Source of the DNA: Lama glama
Lineage: Eukaryota
Assembly: GCA_028534125.1 (NCBI GenBank)
Contig: CM052832.1
Span: forward strand, 19,098,001 to 19,162,000
Direction: 5' to 3'
DNA: 64,000 bases
Shown here: positions 41,046 through 55,279 of the stretch, piece after piece
Layout: every line of letters begins with the position of its first letter
Position numbering within the stretch: the first letter of the stretch is position 1
Program-made: the position numbers and the translations under genes
The notes under the pieces: model-generated
Databases searched by the model: none
Told to the model about the DNA's origin: nothing
The model's input: the letters and a program-made list of their open reading frames with translations, nothing else

Positions 41046-41855
41046 TAGAGTGGATCATTTTTAACACATTATTTTCAGGAACCATGAAATGAAGCAAATA
41101 AATGGCCAGATAGTGAAAATTTCCTCTTATTAAACTTCATACATATGTAAGTAGAAAAATGTTTAATAAAAAAATTACAGTACAAAAAAAGGGAAAAGTA
41201 ATGCATTAATATTTTTGTACTGCATGCAAAAGATACAATTTAGGGAAGAATACTGAATTGCATCACTGTGTATATGCTCTTGAGTCATTCTCCAGTGTTA
41301 AACAATTAACTGAAAAAGAAGAAATGTCAATTTTAAAGAGTTTACTCAAATCCAGTAAAATATTTCAAGTATGAACTAAAATTTGTACTTACCAAACAAA
41401 AACATCACACTTTTCAGTTTGCGCTATTCACCATCTTACCTTTTAAAACACATGAAAATTCCAAGTAGTCACATATACAATGACAGAATTGAAATAACTC
41501 AAGTTCTGTTTCTCTGCCTTTACAATTGCTGGACTTTGTTTTTGGATCTAGTGTTTAAAAGCAAAAATATAATACCCCAGGTACTAGAGACAGGAACTGT
41601 ACTCAAAGGGGAGTCCAGTGATTCCATTAGAAACAGGACTCTCCAAGCAATTGTGTATAGCTGAGGCTGGGTGTATTGGATGCCAACTCTATAACTGGGA
41701 GTTCCCTGAACTACCTTCCAGGTAGAATATGATGTTTATTAAAGAAGGAGTAATAAAAGAAGTACTCATTTCAAGCTTGTACATATATTACGAAAACTCA
41801 ACACTAAGTGCTTTAATTGTTTACAACTAACCAGCAAAAGATTGTTTTCTGGAAG

Positions 41856-42366
41856 TGTTACCGACTTGTTCTGCTTGCCCTATGATAGGCCAGTAAATCA
41901 GGAGACAAGGTGTTAGGGCAAGGAAAAACGATTTTATTCAGAAAGCCAGCAGACCGAGAAGATGGCAGCCTAATGTCCTGGAGAACCATCTTACCCAAGC
42001 CAGAATTCAGGCTCCTTTTATACTAAAAAGGGGAGGGGGTGTAGTTGGTTGTTGTAAACTTCTTGGTGTCAGAATCCTTTGTTCTTGCAGCCATCCATGT
42101 AGGTCAGGTCATGGTGTCCCTGTAAACCTCCAACAAGACAAATGTTATTTTCTATTCGTGCAATTTTTAATCTCTACGTGAATGGGAAGGTGTTGTACCC
42201 TTAAAGGTCAGAGCGTTGAGAATGGCTATCCTGTGTATTTCAGGCTATAGGCAACATTCCTTTACAAGGTGCAGAACCAGCATGACTAAGCACAGGAAAC
42301 AGAGCACTGGGTAAAAGCCAAAGGAACAGATCTAATATGGAGTCAGATTTGTTCTTCCCTATTACA
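41856..42366 (-). mobile_element. ERV1-type solo LTR (511 bp)
   Basis: TG...CA termini; 4-bp TSD gaag (41852-41855 / 42367-42370); AATAAA and TATA-like motifs on the minus strand. Confidence 0.8.
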
Positions 42367-42784
42367 GAAGGAGTATTTTACCTGACATTGTATAGCATCG
42401 CCAGTGTATGGGGATGGTTAAAAGCAGACCAACTAAGGGGTCTTGCTTTTAAATAGCCACAGAGCACACACCTCTCACTACCTGCATCTGGGCAACTGTG
42501 CCTCTCCCTCCCCCATGGGAGGTGGCTGAGACATTCTGCCCTTGGGGCAGAAAGAAAGTCAAAGAATTTTAGCAAGGTGGTAGGGGCAAGACCAGCTGTG
42601 AGGGAAGCTGAAGCTGATGCTGGGTCGTGATTGTAGCAAAAAGTTCATTTATTAAGACTTGCACAGATTACAAGAAAGAGGCACAGGAGGAGGTAGGATT
42701 GTGTTGCATGGAGGTGCAGGATCCAGGAATAGCAATAGGAGACCACCTCAGCACCTGACCGGTCACTCTGGGTCCCAGTACTTT

Positions 42785-43225
42785 TGAGACAGGCTGCTGC
42801 AGTGCTTGCACCTGGACAAACGTCTCCTCCAAAAACAGAATACAAAGAAACTATTAGGGACTAAAAATAACTGTGTGCATGCAGTTGGGGCAAATTATAA
42901 ATAAGATACAAAAGACTAAAACCTAACTGCCACTTATGAGGTGCTAGGAACAAAAGCAGGGGACTGCGCATGATCTCTGCACACAGCAGCACCAAGGTGG
43001 TGGGTAGACCACCTAAACTACCCCTCCGGCACCACCCCTGGACTGCCCCTACCCTTACCCCACTTCAGGGACCAGCTTGCCCCTGACTCAGGGAGCGAGC
43101 AAGGGAACCTGTTAACTTGTTTTCACTCTCTTGCTAGAGCGAGTCCCAATAAAAACCTTGCCTGAATTTCTTGTCTGGCCTGTAATTTCTGTTGATTACA
43201 GGGTCAAGAGCCCTGGTCAGTATCA
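42785..43225 (+). mobile_element. ERV solo LTR
   Basis: tgagacagg...tatca termini; aataaa near 43148; near-TSD cttt / cttc. Confidence 0.7.
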
Positions 43226-43911
43226 CTTCTAAAACAGAGATTAACAAGCCTCAGAGAATTGGATGAATAATCTGAGTTTTTGAAGGCTCTTTTCTGTGTT
43301 CACAGAAGCATTTGTACTCACTAAGAGAGCATTTGATTGGGTGGATCGGTCAGTGTTCATTATAACAAGCATCCCCATTGGGAAGAATTCCACCGAACCC
43401 TCCCCAAGGAGGAGGAGGTTCTGCCTTCACCCTGGCTACCTTTGACTCCTGGCCGGGCAGCAGTGTTGGCTTCTGGCAAATGGCACAAACCACAAATGTT
43501 TTCCATGGGAAATGTTTTGCTTGGGACTACTTTCCTCAGAAAGGTCTCTCGGCTTGCCAAGAGTGTAGCGCTCAATGAAATGCTCTTCAGCGTGGGAGAC
43601 ATAGTTTGAAACGGCTACCGTGGATAGTGAGTAAGAACTGAAAGGAAATACCGGATGAAGGACCCAGGGGAAGTTGAAGACCACAAGTTCCTTTTGCTAA
43701 AGTTAGACTCATTTTGTGACTTCGGTGGGGGAGGGAAAGCAGGTTGTTACTGTTCTCTAAATCAAGGGTTGGGAAACTTTTTTTTGTTAAGGGCCAGGTA
43801 GTAAATATTTTAGGCTTTCTCTACTGCATACTGTTTGTTTGCTTTTACAACCCTTAAAAAATATAAAAACCATTCTTAGTTCTCAGGCAGAACAAAAACA
43901 GGCTGTGGGCC

Positions 43912-44367
43912 TGTTGACAAAAAATTAATCTGTTGATCTAAAAATGAAATGGAAAATTTTATTCGAGCCAAACCTGAGAATTGTAACCTGGGAAGAGCAT
44001 CTTAGAAAGCTTTGAGAACTGTTCCACCAGTTAGAAATCAAGGCACAGGTATATTGTTTTTGATAGAGGGCTGTAAATCAAATGACATATTATTGACAGT
44101 TTACATAATCCAGATCTAAGCAGTATCCCGGTGGGTCATGTGATGCCCTTATAAGATAAAGAAGGAATGTTATCTTTTAAGGAGTTGTCTTGTTGATGCT
44201 AGGAGAATGTTGGTCTTTATGGTTGAGCAGTAATTCCTGCTGAGGGGAGAGATTTGGTTGATGCATAATATAGACACATTATGCACAGAGGAGGCCAAAG
44301 AGCAGAGAAGAATTTTTTATGTTTAAATTTTTCTTGTCTTGCCATAAAACTGAAATTGTATTTCACA
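43912..44367 (-). mobile_element. ERV1-type solo LTR inserted in a MER58-like element (about 43762-44412)
   Basis: TG...CA termini with 4-bp TSD ggcc (43908-43911 / 44368-44371); MER58-like text on both flanks. Confidence 0.8.
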
Positions 44368-45544
44368 GGCCTAAATTGGCCTGAGGACCAGATTTTGGTG
44401 ACCTTTATTCTAGACAGCTGACACATTCCTAAATTGAAGATAAATCATAATCTTTTAGAGATAGTAAAGTTGCTTTCTACCATTCCATGAAGAGCTGTTT
44501 TCTTCCAAGAGACTTGATAAATCTTTTTGAAATGGGTATGTGAAAGAATCACCTACTTCCTACCTGAGTGAGAAAGAAAAGGAAATTCTAGGGGGCAGGC
44601 AAGGTACAACTAAATAGGCTTATGAAAAGAGCTAAGGCAGGTGACCTCAGATGAAAGGAGAACTGAGGGAGGTTAATATGATGTCTTATTAGTGTCATAG
44701 ATTCGCTCAATGCATCTTTTTCTCTTTGAGGAATGTATGGGTTAGCTGTGAAACAGACTTCTGGAAAATAGACTGGAAAACAATTCAGTGGAAAGAAGCC
44801 AATTTATCCCATGATTTAAGACTCCAAAAGTGTTTCAGAAAACTCGAAAAACAAGCTCCAGTCTAAATTTGGATTAATAATCTCAGTGCGAATGAAGAGA
44901 GAAGAGAGCCAGCTAAAGAACCTATGTTGAGTACAAAGAGTTTTCCTAGGAGTTCAGAATTTTTAAAAGTTTATACAAAAGGTGAAAGGCAGGGTACATC
45001 CCTCAAAATGATTAGCAACAGCCTACATGAACAGTGCTTGAAAAACTAAAACCTAGAATAAATTGAAAGTTAAATCCTCTCCCTTAAGAAACTGAAGGTT
45101 TTTGTTAGAAGTCATGGAGGGAATGAGTGCCATTAGTTATTAGGGCTGGGTCAGGATCAGCTGCATATTTGTGGGACCCCATACAAAATGAAAATGCAAG
45201 TTCCCTTGCTAACAGATAATTTCAAGATGGTGACAGCAGAGCAGCAAACCGAGCACAGGGCCCTTCTGAGCGACTGCTCAGGAGCCCTGCCTCCGCCCAG
45301 CCATCTCTGCTTCAAGGTTCTTAAGGGAACTATGCAAGATACAACATATAAGATACTAAACCAGGTACCCGTTCATTCTTAGTGGATTCCTGTAACTTCC
45401 TCTGCAGGGCTCTCTGATAGCCACAGGACACAATTTAGGCTCAGGACAAAAGTCTTTCTGCTGAAGAGGAACTGAGAATGCCAGAGGGTTTATGGTGGTG
45501 AATTGATTGAATAAAACAGAAATTACAGCAAAATGATGAGCAAA

Positions 45545-45715
45545 ACCTATCATGTTGTCCTTGGGGACAAGATGGAAAAATGGTGACAGATGAATCAGTA
45601 GTCTGAACCATCCAAACAGTGTTGATGAATTAATATATCTTAGTCAACTTGTCTGGGTGGCATCTCATAAGGGCCTACCCATTACTGTCCTGTGTGGCAA
45701 CTTTCTCAGTGTTAA
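45545..45715 (+). mobile_element. Possible ancient CR1/L3 LINE fragment
   Basis: catgttgtccttggggacaagatggaaaaatg resembles recalled L3 RT-region consensus. Confidence 0.4.
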
Positions 45716-46371
45716 AAAACTAAATTCAGCCAAATACACTTGAATATCTAATTAAATAAATGAAATATTTTTTAAAAGTCTAGAACAGGTAAAGTCTGAA
45801 AGTCACATAGAGCTTACTTAATAGTAATGTTATTTTAGCAGTTGCATCATGATAATGTAAAATATTAACATTGGTGGAAACTGGGTGAGAGTTATATGGG
45901 AAGTCTCTGTATTACCTTTGTGGCTTCTGTAAACATAAAATTATTCTAAAATAAAGAGTGAGGATGTTTATAACAGTGGATGTAAGGGTAATGACTTGCT
46001 CAGTATTATCCAGATGATCACTATAATCATGAAAATTACATGTTAAAAAAGCTTGTTAATTAAGATTTTGACATTTGCTAAGTAAAATCTGTGTTTAAAA
46101 ATTCAGCTCAGGTTATCAATTCTAAATAAGTAACCTTTAAATCACAATCAGATATTAGTTCTCTAATTTGGGGGGTACTAGAATACCCAGAAATACTGTC
46201 TTTCTTGAGGCCAAAGTAAGTTAGATGAAGTCATTTGAACAAAAGAAAGTTATTGTCTACCAGTTCCACCTGCGTTTCTGGCTAATTTGGAAAGAAAAAG
46301 AACTGCAAGGAATCAGATGCCCATGTGTTTTTTTCTTTTTCTATTTTTTTCTGGTATTCAGATATTCCTGA

Positions 46372-46918
46372 TGTCGATGAAAAGTTACTCAGTTGATCTA
46401 AGAAAGAAATGTAAAATTTTATTTGAGCCAAATCTGAAGATTTTAACCCAGAAAGCTCTGAGAACTCTCCCATCCATTAGAAGTCAAGGCACAGTTACGT
46501 AAGTTTTTTGAGACAGAGGGTTGTACATTAAATGACGTATTATTGACAGTTTACACAATCTAGATCTAAGCAGCCCCTTAAAAGATCAAGAAGGAATGTT
46601 GTATTTTAAGGAGTTGTCTTGTTGGTACTAGGAGAATGTTGCTCTTGATAACTGAGCAGCTGTTTCTGCTGATGGAGGAGGTTTGGTCAATGCATAATGC
46701 ACACATACAATGCACAGTGCAGAAGGAGTCTGGGCTCTTTGAAATTATCCCTTAGATACGTATCTTAACTATCTATAGGGCCAGTATCCAGTTTTTCTCC
46801 GTCCTGAATTCCCCTCAGGGTGCACCATCAGGGTGGTTGCAGTGGCATCTGATGGCTTGATTTCAGGCAATATTCATTGTTTACTGGAATGGCAGGCAGG
46901 TTTTTTTTTGTCTGCACA
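46372..46918 (-). mobile_element. ERV LTR related to the 43912 LTR over its first ~340 bp
   Basis: Shared blocks (gttgatctaa, ttagaagtcaaggcacag, tattgacagtttac, ttttaaggagttgtcttgttg); TG...CA termini. Confidence 0.75.
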
Positions 46919-48552
46919 TGTATAGGACCCATTTGTATGGCCAGTGAGATTCAAGGGGACATCTGCTGTGAGGCTACTGGAATGTATAATTTTTTTCCCC
47001 TGATGAGAATAGCCCCAGGAGGATAAAGGCCTTTACCCTGACTACCCTTCAATGTACCTGTGATGTTGGAAGCCGCAGGAACCATCTTGTGTTCATGAAT
47101 CAACAAGAATAAGGGCTGGCAGAGCAGAGTGAAGGAACCTGAGATCTGATGACATTGCTGAATGAAGGCCAGCTACCGAGTTGCAGAGTGACTCATATCG
47201 TTCCTTCCGACTTTCATTTCTTCCTTCAGGCCTGTAATACAAAGAGGTCATGATTAATCTTACTTACAAAATATTCCCCTCCAAAGCTTTTAACCATTTG
47301 TCTTTGTAGACTGTTTAGATATTTCACTTGCAGCAAAAAAGTTGACTTTATACTAAAAGTCCTCCTAGCAGAGAACCTTCCTGGCTTCGGATTACATAAA
47401 TGGCCTTTAGCTTGTGGCATAGAATTCCAGAATGTTGAAATGGCAATGCAATAACAGAAAATGATTCAGGAAAGGAGCTTCTTGAGGTCACATACATGGG
47501 TTACTGCTCCAGACAGACTTCAATTCTTATTATTATAAGTGCTTAAGCTGCTGTTAGTCACTGGGTATTACTACTGCTTGATATCTTTTACTGATTTCTG
47601 ATTGACTTCCATTAAATTCATAATCTGCCTAACAGAATTTCTTTCTCTCTCCAGGCTCCCTCTTAACTCAAGAGGGTGGATATTCACTGACTTCCTAGTA
47701 ACTCTCAAACTCCTACAATTATTCTAATTCTTATTTCCATATGTCTTCCCCGCCATCTTCCCTACTAGCTCCCTGGGAGTCTAATCTTCCTTTCTGAAGT
47801 AAATTCATCCATAGTGCTCCCACCCTTTTGATGCAACCCTAGAGGACTTTGCTTCTGCATGGCTTCTTTCTCTCTTTTTCCTGCATTGGTTCCTCTCCCT
47901 TTTATCTTGAACTAGGCAACGGGTCTCTGTGGATGATCAGTCCCCACTCCCACCATGCTGTTTCTCCCTTGGGCAATCTAACGTCTTAAAGATGTATGCC
48001 TTGGGGTTCTATTTCCTCTCTGTTCATGCTCTCATCCACTGCATACTTGGCAATCCAGTTTCTTTCCCCACAGCTACACTCAAATTGTTCCCTTAAAGGT
48101 CAACCATGACCTCTTTTTAGCCAAATCCATTATTCTTTTCTGGTTCCTCATCTCTTGACTTCTTTATTGCCTTTTTCAAAAACAATTACTCCCAGCCTCC
48201 AATGCTCTCTTCCTTGGCTTCCATTCTGTTTGCTAGCAGTTCCTTCTTTTTTTATTCCCTTCTACTCCTCATGCCATCGCTTCACTGGGTATCCCTTTTC
48301 CCCAGTCCGCTGCTCCCTGTGCTCTTTATTCTTTCACTGAAGGTCGCATCATCTTCCCTACAGCCATTACCTCTGTGCTAAAAAAAGTCTGTGCTACTTT
48401 CTCACTTAAGTTTTAGTCCCTCACTGCTTACTGCTTATTTACTCATGGATATTTCACTGGTACTGTACTTTGAATATATCTCCCTTCTCAGACTGGCTCC
48501 TCTTCCCATTTTCCTGCCTCTGGTCATGGCGTGGTCATTCTCTTTAGTCACC

Positions 48553-49165
48553 GTGTTAGTTTGTTAGGGCTGCCATAACAAAATACAATAAAAGCAACAG
48601 AAATTTAAGTTGTCTGAAGCAGAAGAAATTTATTTTCTTACAGCTCTGAAGGCTAGAAGTCCAAGATAAAGATGTTGACAGGTTTGGTTTCTCTTGAGAT
48701 TTCTCTTCCCTGGCTTGCAGATGGCTGCCTTCTTGCTTTGTCTTCCTATGGTCTTTTCTCTAGTCACACCCATCCCTAGTGTCTGTCCCTTTTTTTTTTC
48801 TTTTTTAATAATAGACTTAATTTTTTTTTAGAGCAGTTTCAGGTTTACAGCAGAATTGAGCAGAAAGAGTTCCCAGATAGCCCTCCTCCCACATATACAT
48901 GCTCGCTTACCCTCAACATCCCTCATCAGTGTGGCATATTTAGTACAATCGATGAACCAACATGGACACATTATTATATTTGTCCCTCTTTTTATAAGGA
49001 CATTAGTCATATTGGTTTAGGGCCCACCCTAATGATCTCATTGAACCTTAGTTACATCTTTAAAGGCTTTATCTGTAAAAACAGTCACATTCTGAGGTGT
49101 GCTAGGAGTTAGGACTTAAACATACGAACTGGAGGGGTGAGGGGGACATAGTTTAATCCATTATA
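48553..49165. mobile_element. MLT1-type MaLR LTR with an inserted L1 3' fragment (about 48790-48980)
   Basis: agggctgccataacaaaatac...ggctagaagtccaagat...cagtcacattctgaggt. Confidence 0.75.
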
Positions 49166-49321
49166 GTCACTCAGACCATAAAACTTTGTTGTCCTCTTTA
49201 CTTACCTTCTATAACATTTAGTCTTGTAGACTATCCCTATTAAATGTCTACACCTATTTCTCTAGCAGCATTCACAGTGCCATTCTCAGGCCTTAATCAA
49301 GTCTATATTTCTCTGCCTAGT

Positions 49322-49460
49322 CTTTTTTTTTTTTTTCCAGGGGAGCGGGTGATCAGATTTATTTATTTATTATTATTATTTTTAATGGCAGTAGTGAGGA
49401 TTGAACCCAGGACCTCAGGCATGCTAGGTACACACTCAACCACTGAGCTATATGCTCCCA
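49322..49460 (-). mobile_element. Vic-1-type SINE
   Basis: ggattgaacccaggacctc...cactgagctata; TSD ctgcctagtcttt on both sides. Confidence 0.85.
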
Positions 49461-49844
49461 ACTTCCTGCCTAGTCTTTAGAAGTCCTCTATAATCTGATT
49501 CACCTTATTTTTTCTTTTAGTATTTTTATCAAAACGATTCACATACATAGGAAATATAAATGCTAATAATCAAAAGGAATGGCCCTCTTTCCTAACCCCA
49601 GGTCCATTGCCCAGATGTAGCTTTCATGTAGTTTAATCTAGCAAATGCTTGAGTAAATTACTTTGAACTGTATCTCTTTTTATTTGCCACAGAGGTTGAC
49701 TCCATAATTCTAAATAATATTATTATACATGTATTTTTAAACTGCATCTCTTCATTAATTTATTAATTTGGACAGTCTACCATTTATGAAAATTAGGCTC
49801 AGAAACACTACCCCTATACCATCTTGCCTCATCCTTCTTCCCAT

Positions 49845-50115
49845 TATTTTTTTTTTAATTGACGTTTAGTAGATTTACACCGTTGTGTTAGTTTCTGGTA
49901 TACAGTAAAGTGATTCAGTTATGCATATATATATATATGCATATATATATACGTGTGTGTATATATATATTATTTTTCTTTTTTATTATGGTTTATTATA
50001 GGACATTGAATATTGTTTCCTGTGCTATACAGTAGAGTCTTGTTTTTTATGTATTTTATATGTAGTAGTTTGTATTTGCTAATCCTGAACTCCTCTAATT
50101 TATTCCTCCCCTACT
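49845..50115 (-). mobile_element. LINE-1 3' end with AT microsatellite
   Basis: gttgtgttagtttctggtatacagtaaagtgattcagttat...cctgtgctatacagtag. Confidence 0.8.
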
Positions 50116-50617
50116 CCCTCTTCCCAATTTTTGATAGCTATGAGTTATTCCCAGTTTTTCTGAACTTTTTTCGTGCTGTCAACATTTGAAAGTATTTAAT
50201 TCCCAAGTAAAATGAGATTATTACTGTTCTTACTTTTCCTTCCAGCTCTCTTTCTCCTTCCACTTTTCAACCTTTGTCAGCTGTATCTTTAGTTTCACAT
50301 CGTCAAGGATGCTAGCCTTTCTATGCATGACAGTATTTAAGAACTATATATTTATAGTTTTATTCTAAAAGTGTAATGTCAATACATAGGGCTTGCATTA
50401 TTATCCCTATGTAAATAGTGTTCACTGTAGAGCCAAATACTGTGCTAGGAGTACAGTTTCCCCCCAGTCCCTGGGCCATTCAAAACAAAGTGCTCTTACC
50501 ATGCATATAAATATATTCAGCAGTTGCTCAAAAATCTTGCCACATTTTAGTTTGCTTCATATTTGGACATTTTCTAATTATTTTTATAGTTTCTAATTTT
50601 TTTTTCTTGTTGAGAGA

Positions 50618-51066
50618 TATATTGGTTTACTAGGGCTGCCATAACAAATTACCACAAGCTGGTTGGCTTAAAACAACATGAATTTATTCTCTCATAGTTA
50701 TAGAAATCTGAAATCAAGGTGTTGATAAGACCATGCTCTCTCTGGGCTCTAGAGAAGAAGACTTTTCTTGCTGCTGTCTAGCTCTTGTGGCACCAGCAAT
50801 CCTTAGCATTTCTTGACTTGTAGCTTCATTATTCCCATCTCTGCTTCCATCTTCTGTGGCCTTCATCCCTGGGATTCTGTGTATGTTTCTTCCTCTTCTT
50901 CTAAGGACACTGGCCATTGAATTTGGGAATCACCCTAAATCTAGGATGATTTCATCTTGAGATCCTTAACTAATTGCACCTGCAAAGACCCTATATCCAA
51001 ATAAGGTGACATTCTGAGGTTCCACGTGGACATGAATTTTGAGGGGAAACTATCCAACCCACTATA
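50618..51066. mobile_element. MLT1-type MaLR LTR
   Basis: ctagggctgccataacaaattaccacaagc...ctgcaaagaccctatatccaaataaggt. Confidence 0.8.
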
Positions 51067-51689
51067 AGGGAAAAATATGACTTCCTCACTATATCATTAA
51101 TATTTTCCACACTGTAACTAATATAAGAAAAGAGGGAATTACGGTCCAAAATAAATCCAGGAGCTCAAACAGTGTCAACACTGCCTTGTTTTTTTCTCTG
51201 CATACTCTAAGTTTACTTTCCTCTATTGTCAGGTTCATTCTCAAACAAGCTAACCTCATGTGCCAGCAAAAATAGGTTCCAGCATCTCTCTAGGCTCACC
51301 CTCCTCATAGATTGTGATCCTAGCAAAAATAAAAATGACTTTCCTGACAGTTCCAGCAAAATACCTAAGGAAATCTCTGATAGACCTTGCTTGGCTCATC
51401 TCTGAACCAGTCACGGTGACCAGGGTCATGAAATAAACTTACGTGGCCAAACCTGGGTCACATGCCAACCCCTAACATGAGAGGTGGAATGACCCTACTT
51501 GAACCACAGTGACTAAAAATAGGAAAGGATGGTGCCCTAAGAGATCTTTGGTAGATGAAAAACACATTATTCCATGCAAAACTGAAAATAGCTTTATTCA
51601 TAGCTTGATTGATAGTTTAACTCTACCTAAAATTCTAGGTTTAAGATAATTTTCCTCCAAAATGTTTAAAGGAATATTTCATTGTTTTC

Positions 51690-53080
51690 TTTTCCCCCAA
51701 CACTTTATTACAAAGAAGCTCAAAAGTACAAAAAATTTGAAAGAAATTTTTGTGAACACCCGTGTATCTATATCACCTAGATTCTACAGTTAACATATTT
51801 GCATTATCAAATATCTATCCATTTATTCACACCTCTATTCATCTATCGATCCACTTTATTTTTGACATATTTCAGAATAGTTGCAGACATTACTACACTT
51901 TACTCCCAAACACCTTTCATATCACTACCTAGAGTTCAATATTTGTTTATAATTTTTTAATTTGAGCTAAAATTTCTATGCAACAAAATGCAAAATTTTT
52001 AAGGATACCATTCAATGAGTTTTGACACAGCAACCCAACATTAGATGTTCCTTCATGTCCCTATCTACCCCTTACAGAGACAACCATTAATCTGATTTTT
52101 TTTCCTCATAGATTAATTACGCCTATTTTAGGACTTCATATAGATGGATTCATACAGTATTCAGTCTTTTGTGTAAGGATTCCTTTATTCAACATAATGT
52201 TTTTGATATTCATCCATGTTGTAGTCTGTATCTATTCCATTGTATGAATGAATATACCACAGTTTTTTTTTTCCATTCTCCTATTGATGGACACATGGGG
52301 GCTGTTTAAGCTATTATAAATAAAGATGTTATACACAATCTTGTACATATCTTTTTGTGGGCATTGTTTCCATCTTTCTTGGACAAATATCTAGGAGTGG
52401 AGTTGCTAAGTCAAAGACTAGCTGTAGGTTTCGTTTTGCAAGGACCTGCTAGATATTTTTTTCAAAGGAGTCATACATACCATTTTATAGTCTTCCAACA
52501 ATATATGAGAGTTCCAGTTGCTCCACAATCCTTGCCAACATTTGTTTTTGTTAGTCTTAAATTTCAGCCATATTGGTGAGTATGCTGTGGCGTTTCATTT
52601 TGATTTTAGTTTTCATTCCCTAATGTCTAATGATTTTTGAGCACTTTTTCATGTGCAATTTATGTATTTTCTTTTAGGTAGTGTCTAAGCAAATCTTTGT
52701 TCATTTAAAAACATGGATTATCTTTTTACGAATTGTAGGGGTTCTTTATACTCTGGATTCTACACCTTTGTCAAATATGTGTTTTGGAAATATTTTTTTC
52801 CCAGTCTTTGGCTTGACTATTCATTTTCTTAACAATGTCTTTGGATAAGCAGAAGTTTTAAAAGTTGATGGATTTAATTTATCAGTTCTTTCTTAAATGA
52901 TTTTTTTTTGTTTTCAATGTCCTTCCTATCCCCAAGTCATGAAGATATTCTCCTATGTTTTCTTCTATGTTTTTATTTTAGTTACTACATTTAGATCAAG
53001 AATTCGTCTCAGTTTCTGTGTATGATATGATTGAGGGGCCAAGATTCCTTTTACCCCCATATAGACATCCAATTGTTTTA
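51690..53080 (-). mobile_element. Old LINE-1 (L1M) 3'/ORF2 fragments
   Basis: gagttccagttgctccacaatccttgccaaca; aagatattctcctatgttttcttcta. Confidence 0.7.
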
Positions 53081-55149
53081 GCAGTTAACATTTTTTAAAA
53101 GATTCTATTGTTTTCTGATACCTGATAATTGCGGATGGCCTATTGTCAGTCTAAATTTTTTCCTTTGAAGGTGACCTATTTTCCCCCTTCTCTGAGTGAT
53201 TTCTGGATTTTCTCTTTTCCTTAGTACATCTAATATTATTTTGCTTATCTTTTAGTATACCCTTTCAATCTGAAGATTCATGGCTATCTTAGCTTGGACA
53301 TATTTTCTTCAGTGATTTCTATAACAACTTCTATTGCTGCACTTTTTTTGAGCTTTCTTTCTGGAAAGAAAGGTTAGATCTTGGACCTGGATTGGACCTC
53401 TAGGTCTCTTATATTTTCACTTTATTTTTTATCTTTCTCTTTTTTCCAATGTCATATTTTCACATTTCTAGAAAAAAATTTAAGTTTGGCAAGCATATTT
53501 TAAATTTCCAAGTGATCTTTCTTGACTTTCTTGTTTTCCAGTTGTTTCTTATTTACAGCACCCTGTTTTTTTTACATTAGGTATTTGTTGTCTTCTCATA
53601 TATCTCTCAGAATATTAATTTGAGGTTTGAAAAAATCGTTTTTTGTTACCCAGATTGGTTTTTGTGCAGTCAGGTTTTATTTTTGCTTCTTTTGTTTTTT
53701 TTCTGTTATGTAGCTGATTTCCCTTGTGTGTCCAGTGATGTGGGTGTGCTTTTTTTATATTTGAAAAAGAGGAAATAGGCTGATTTTTTTCTTGATTTGT
53801 TTCCTCTACTGTTATGTATCAGGCTGTTTTCCTGCTAGTTAATTGCCATAAAACAGAAGATGTTGGCAGGAAGTTCTGTGTTCATAAGCAGAGTTTGCTA
53901 AATAGGGAGGCTTCTAGACAGGGAGCCAGAGAGAGGAGGACTTTAAGTGGGCTGCTGCCACTCACCGTGGCATCAGTTCATCAGTATTTAGTTCAAGTTA
54001 TTGTCTGCTTATTGTCCTGTTCCCATTTCTCTTAGCTTTTATGGCTTTATTCATCAAAAAGTTTATTTACTCTTCTTTAAAATTGTGTATTGTAAGGGAG
54101 GGGAGACAAATGCTTGTGCTTAGGTTGCTATTTTGAACCACAGTTTGTATTTTTTAAAAATTATTTTATGCTCTTTCTAAATGAGCATCTTCCACCATAT
54201 TTAGGTTGATTTCTTTACTGTCTCATGAATATACCAGACTAGCATCTATCTTCATGCCCTCAGTTATGTGTTTCTTTTCCAGAAGCTTCCTCTTTTTCTT
54301 CCCTCTCGTCTTCTACCTAAGCCTAGTGAGATTCTTCCAACTTTTGCAGCTAACTTGAGCATCCTTCCTCCATGAATTCCATCTGTTTAATCCAGCTTTC
54401 TTTGACTTCCCTTTAATTTTACTATTCTCCAACTCAGTACCTGTCATTCACAATTCAGCTCTTAATTATGCAGCCTAGTATTGTTCATTCTTGTTTCAGA
54501 TGTTTATTAACATGTTGGTTAACTATTAAAAACTTTTTGGGGACAGGTATTTATTTTTCTCTATCCTTCAAAACACATAGCATAGAATGCATATGTAGTA
54601 GATATTTGATAAGTATTTATAATGGATCAACTCCCCTACTATTTGCAAAGAAGGTAGATAACAGCTTATATATATTTTTTCTGTAAACAGTAGGAGGCCT
54701 CTCTTTGAATTGGAAGCTGAATTGGGGACATTCCATTTCAGGCAGAAGAAATGCTTATTCTTCTACACTAAGGAAAAAAACAAGTTATGTAGCGTAAATG
54801 TTTGCTGAAAGCAATGGTGATAGACAGATCCACCAGAGTTGAATCAACAGAGGCAAGAGTGGTTTGGGAAAAAACAAAGTAACAAAATGTGATTTAAAAA
54901 CAGATGTTATAGTCTAGAATTTCCACACTATTGCTAACAGTGGGCTCTTACATTGCTAACAGTGTCATTTTCAATTAAAATGGAAAGAGGTCTAGTGGCA
55001 GAACAAGCTTCACCACTCTTCTGGGCACCTGGTAGGTTTGTACTGCCTCAATCCCAGAAAGTTAGGGGTAGCCATGTGACTTATTGGCCAAAGAAATGAG
55101 AGTGGGAGTGATGTCACTTCCAGGTGGAAACTTTTAAAGTCAATAAGGG

Positions 55150-55233
55150 ATTATGTTCACAGCAGCACTATTTACAATAGCCAAGACATGGAAATAACCC
55201 AAATGTCCATCGACAAATGAGTGGATAAAGAAG

Positions 55234-55279
<46 letters not shown>

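Noticed and set aside
43912..46918. Two related same-orientation LTRs as ends of one provirus
   Set aside because: The first has its own TSD on both sides, the two differ in one half, and no gag/pol/env is visible between them.
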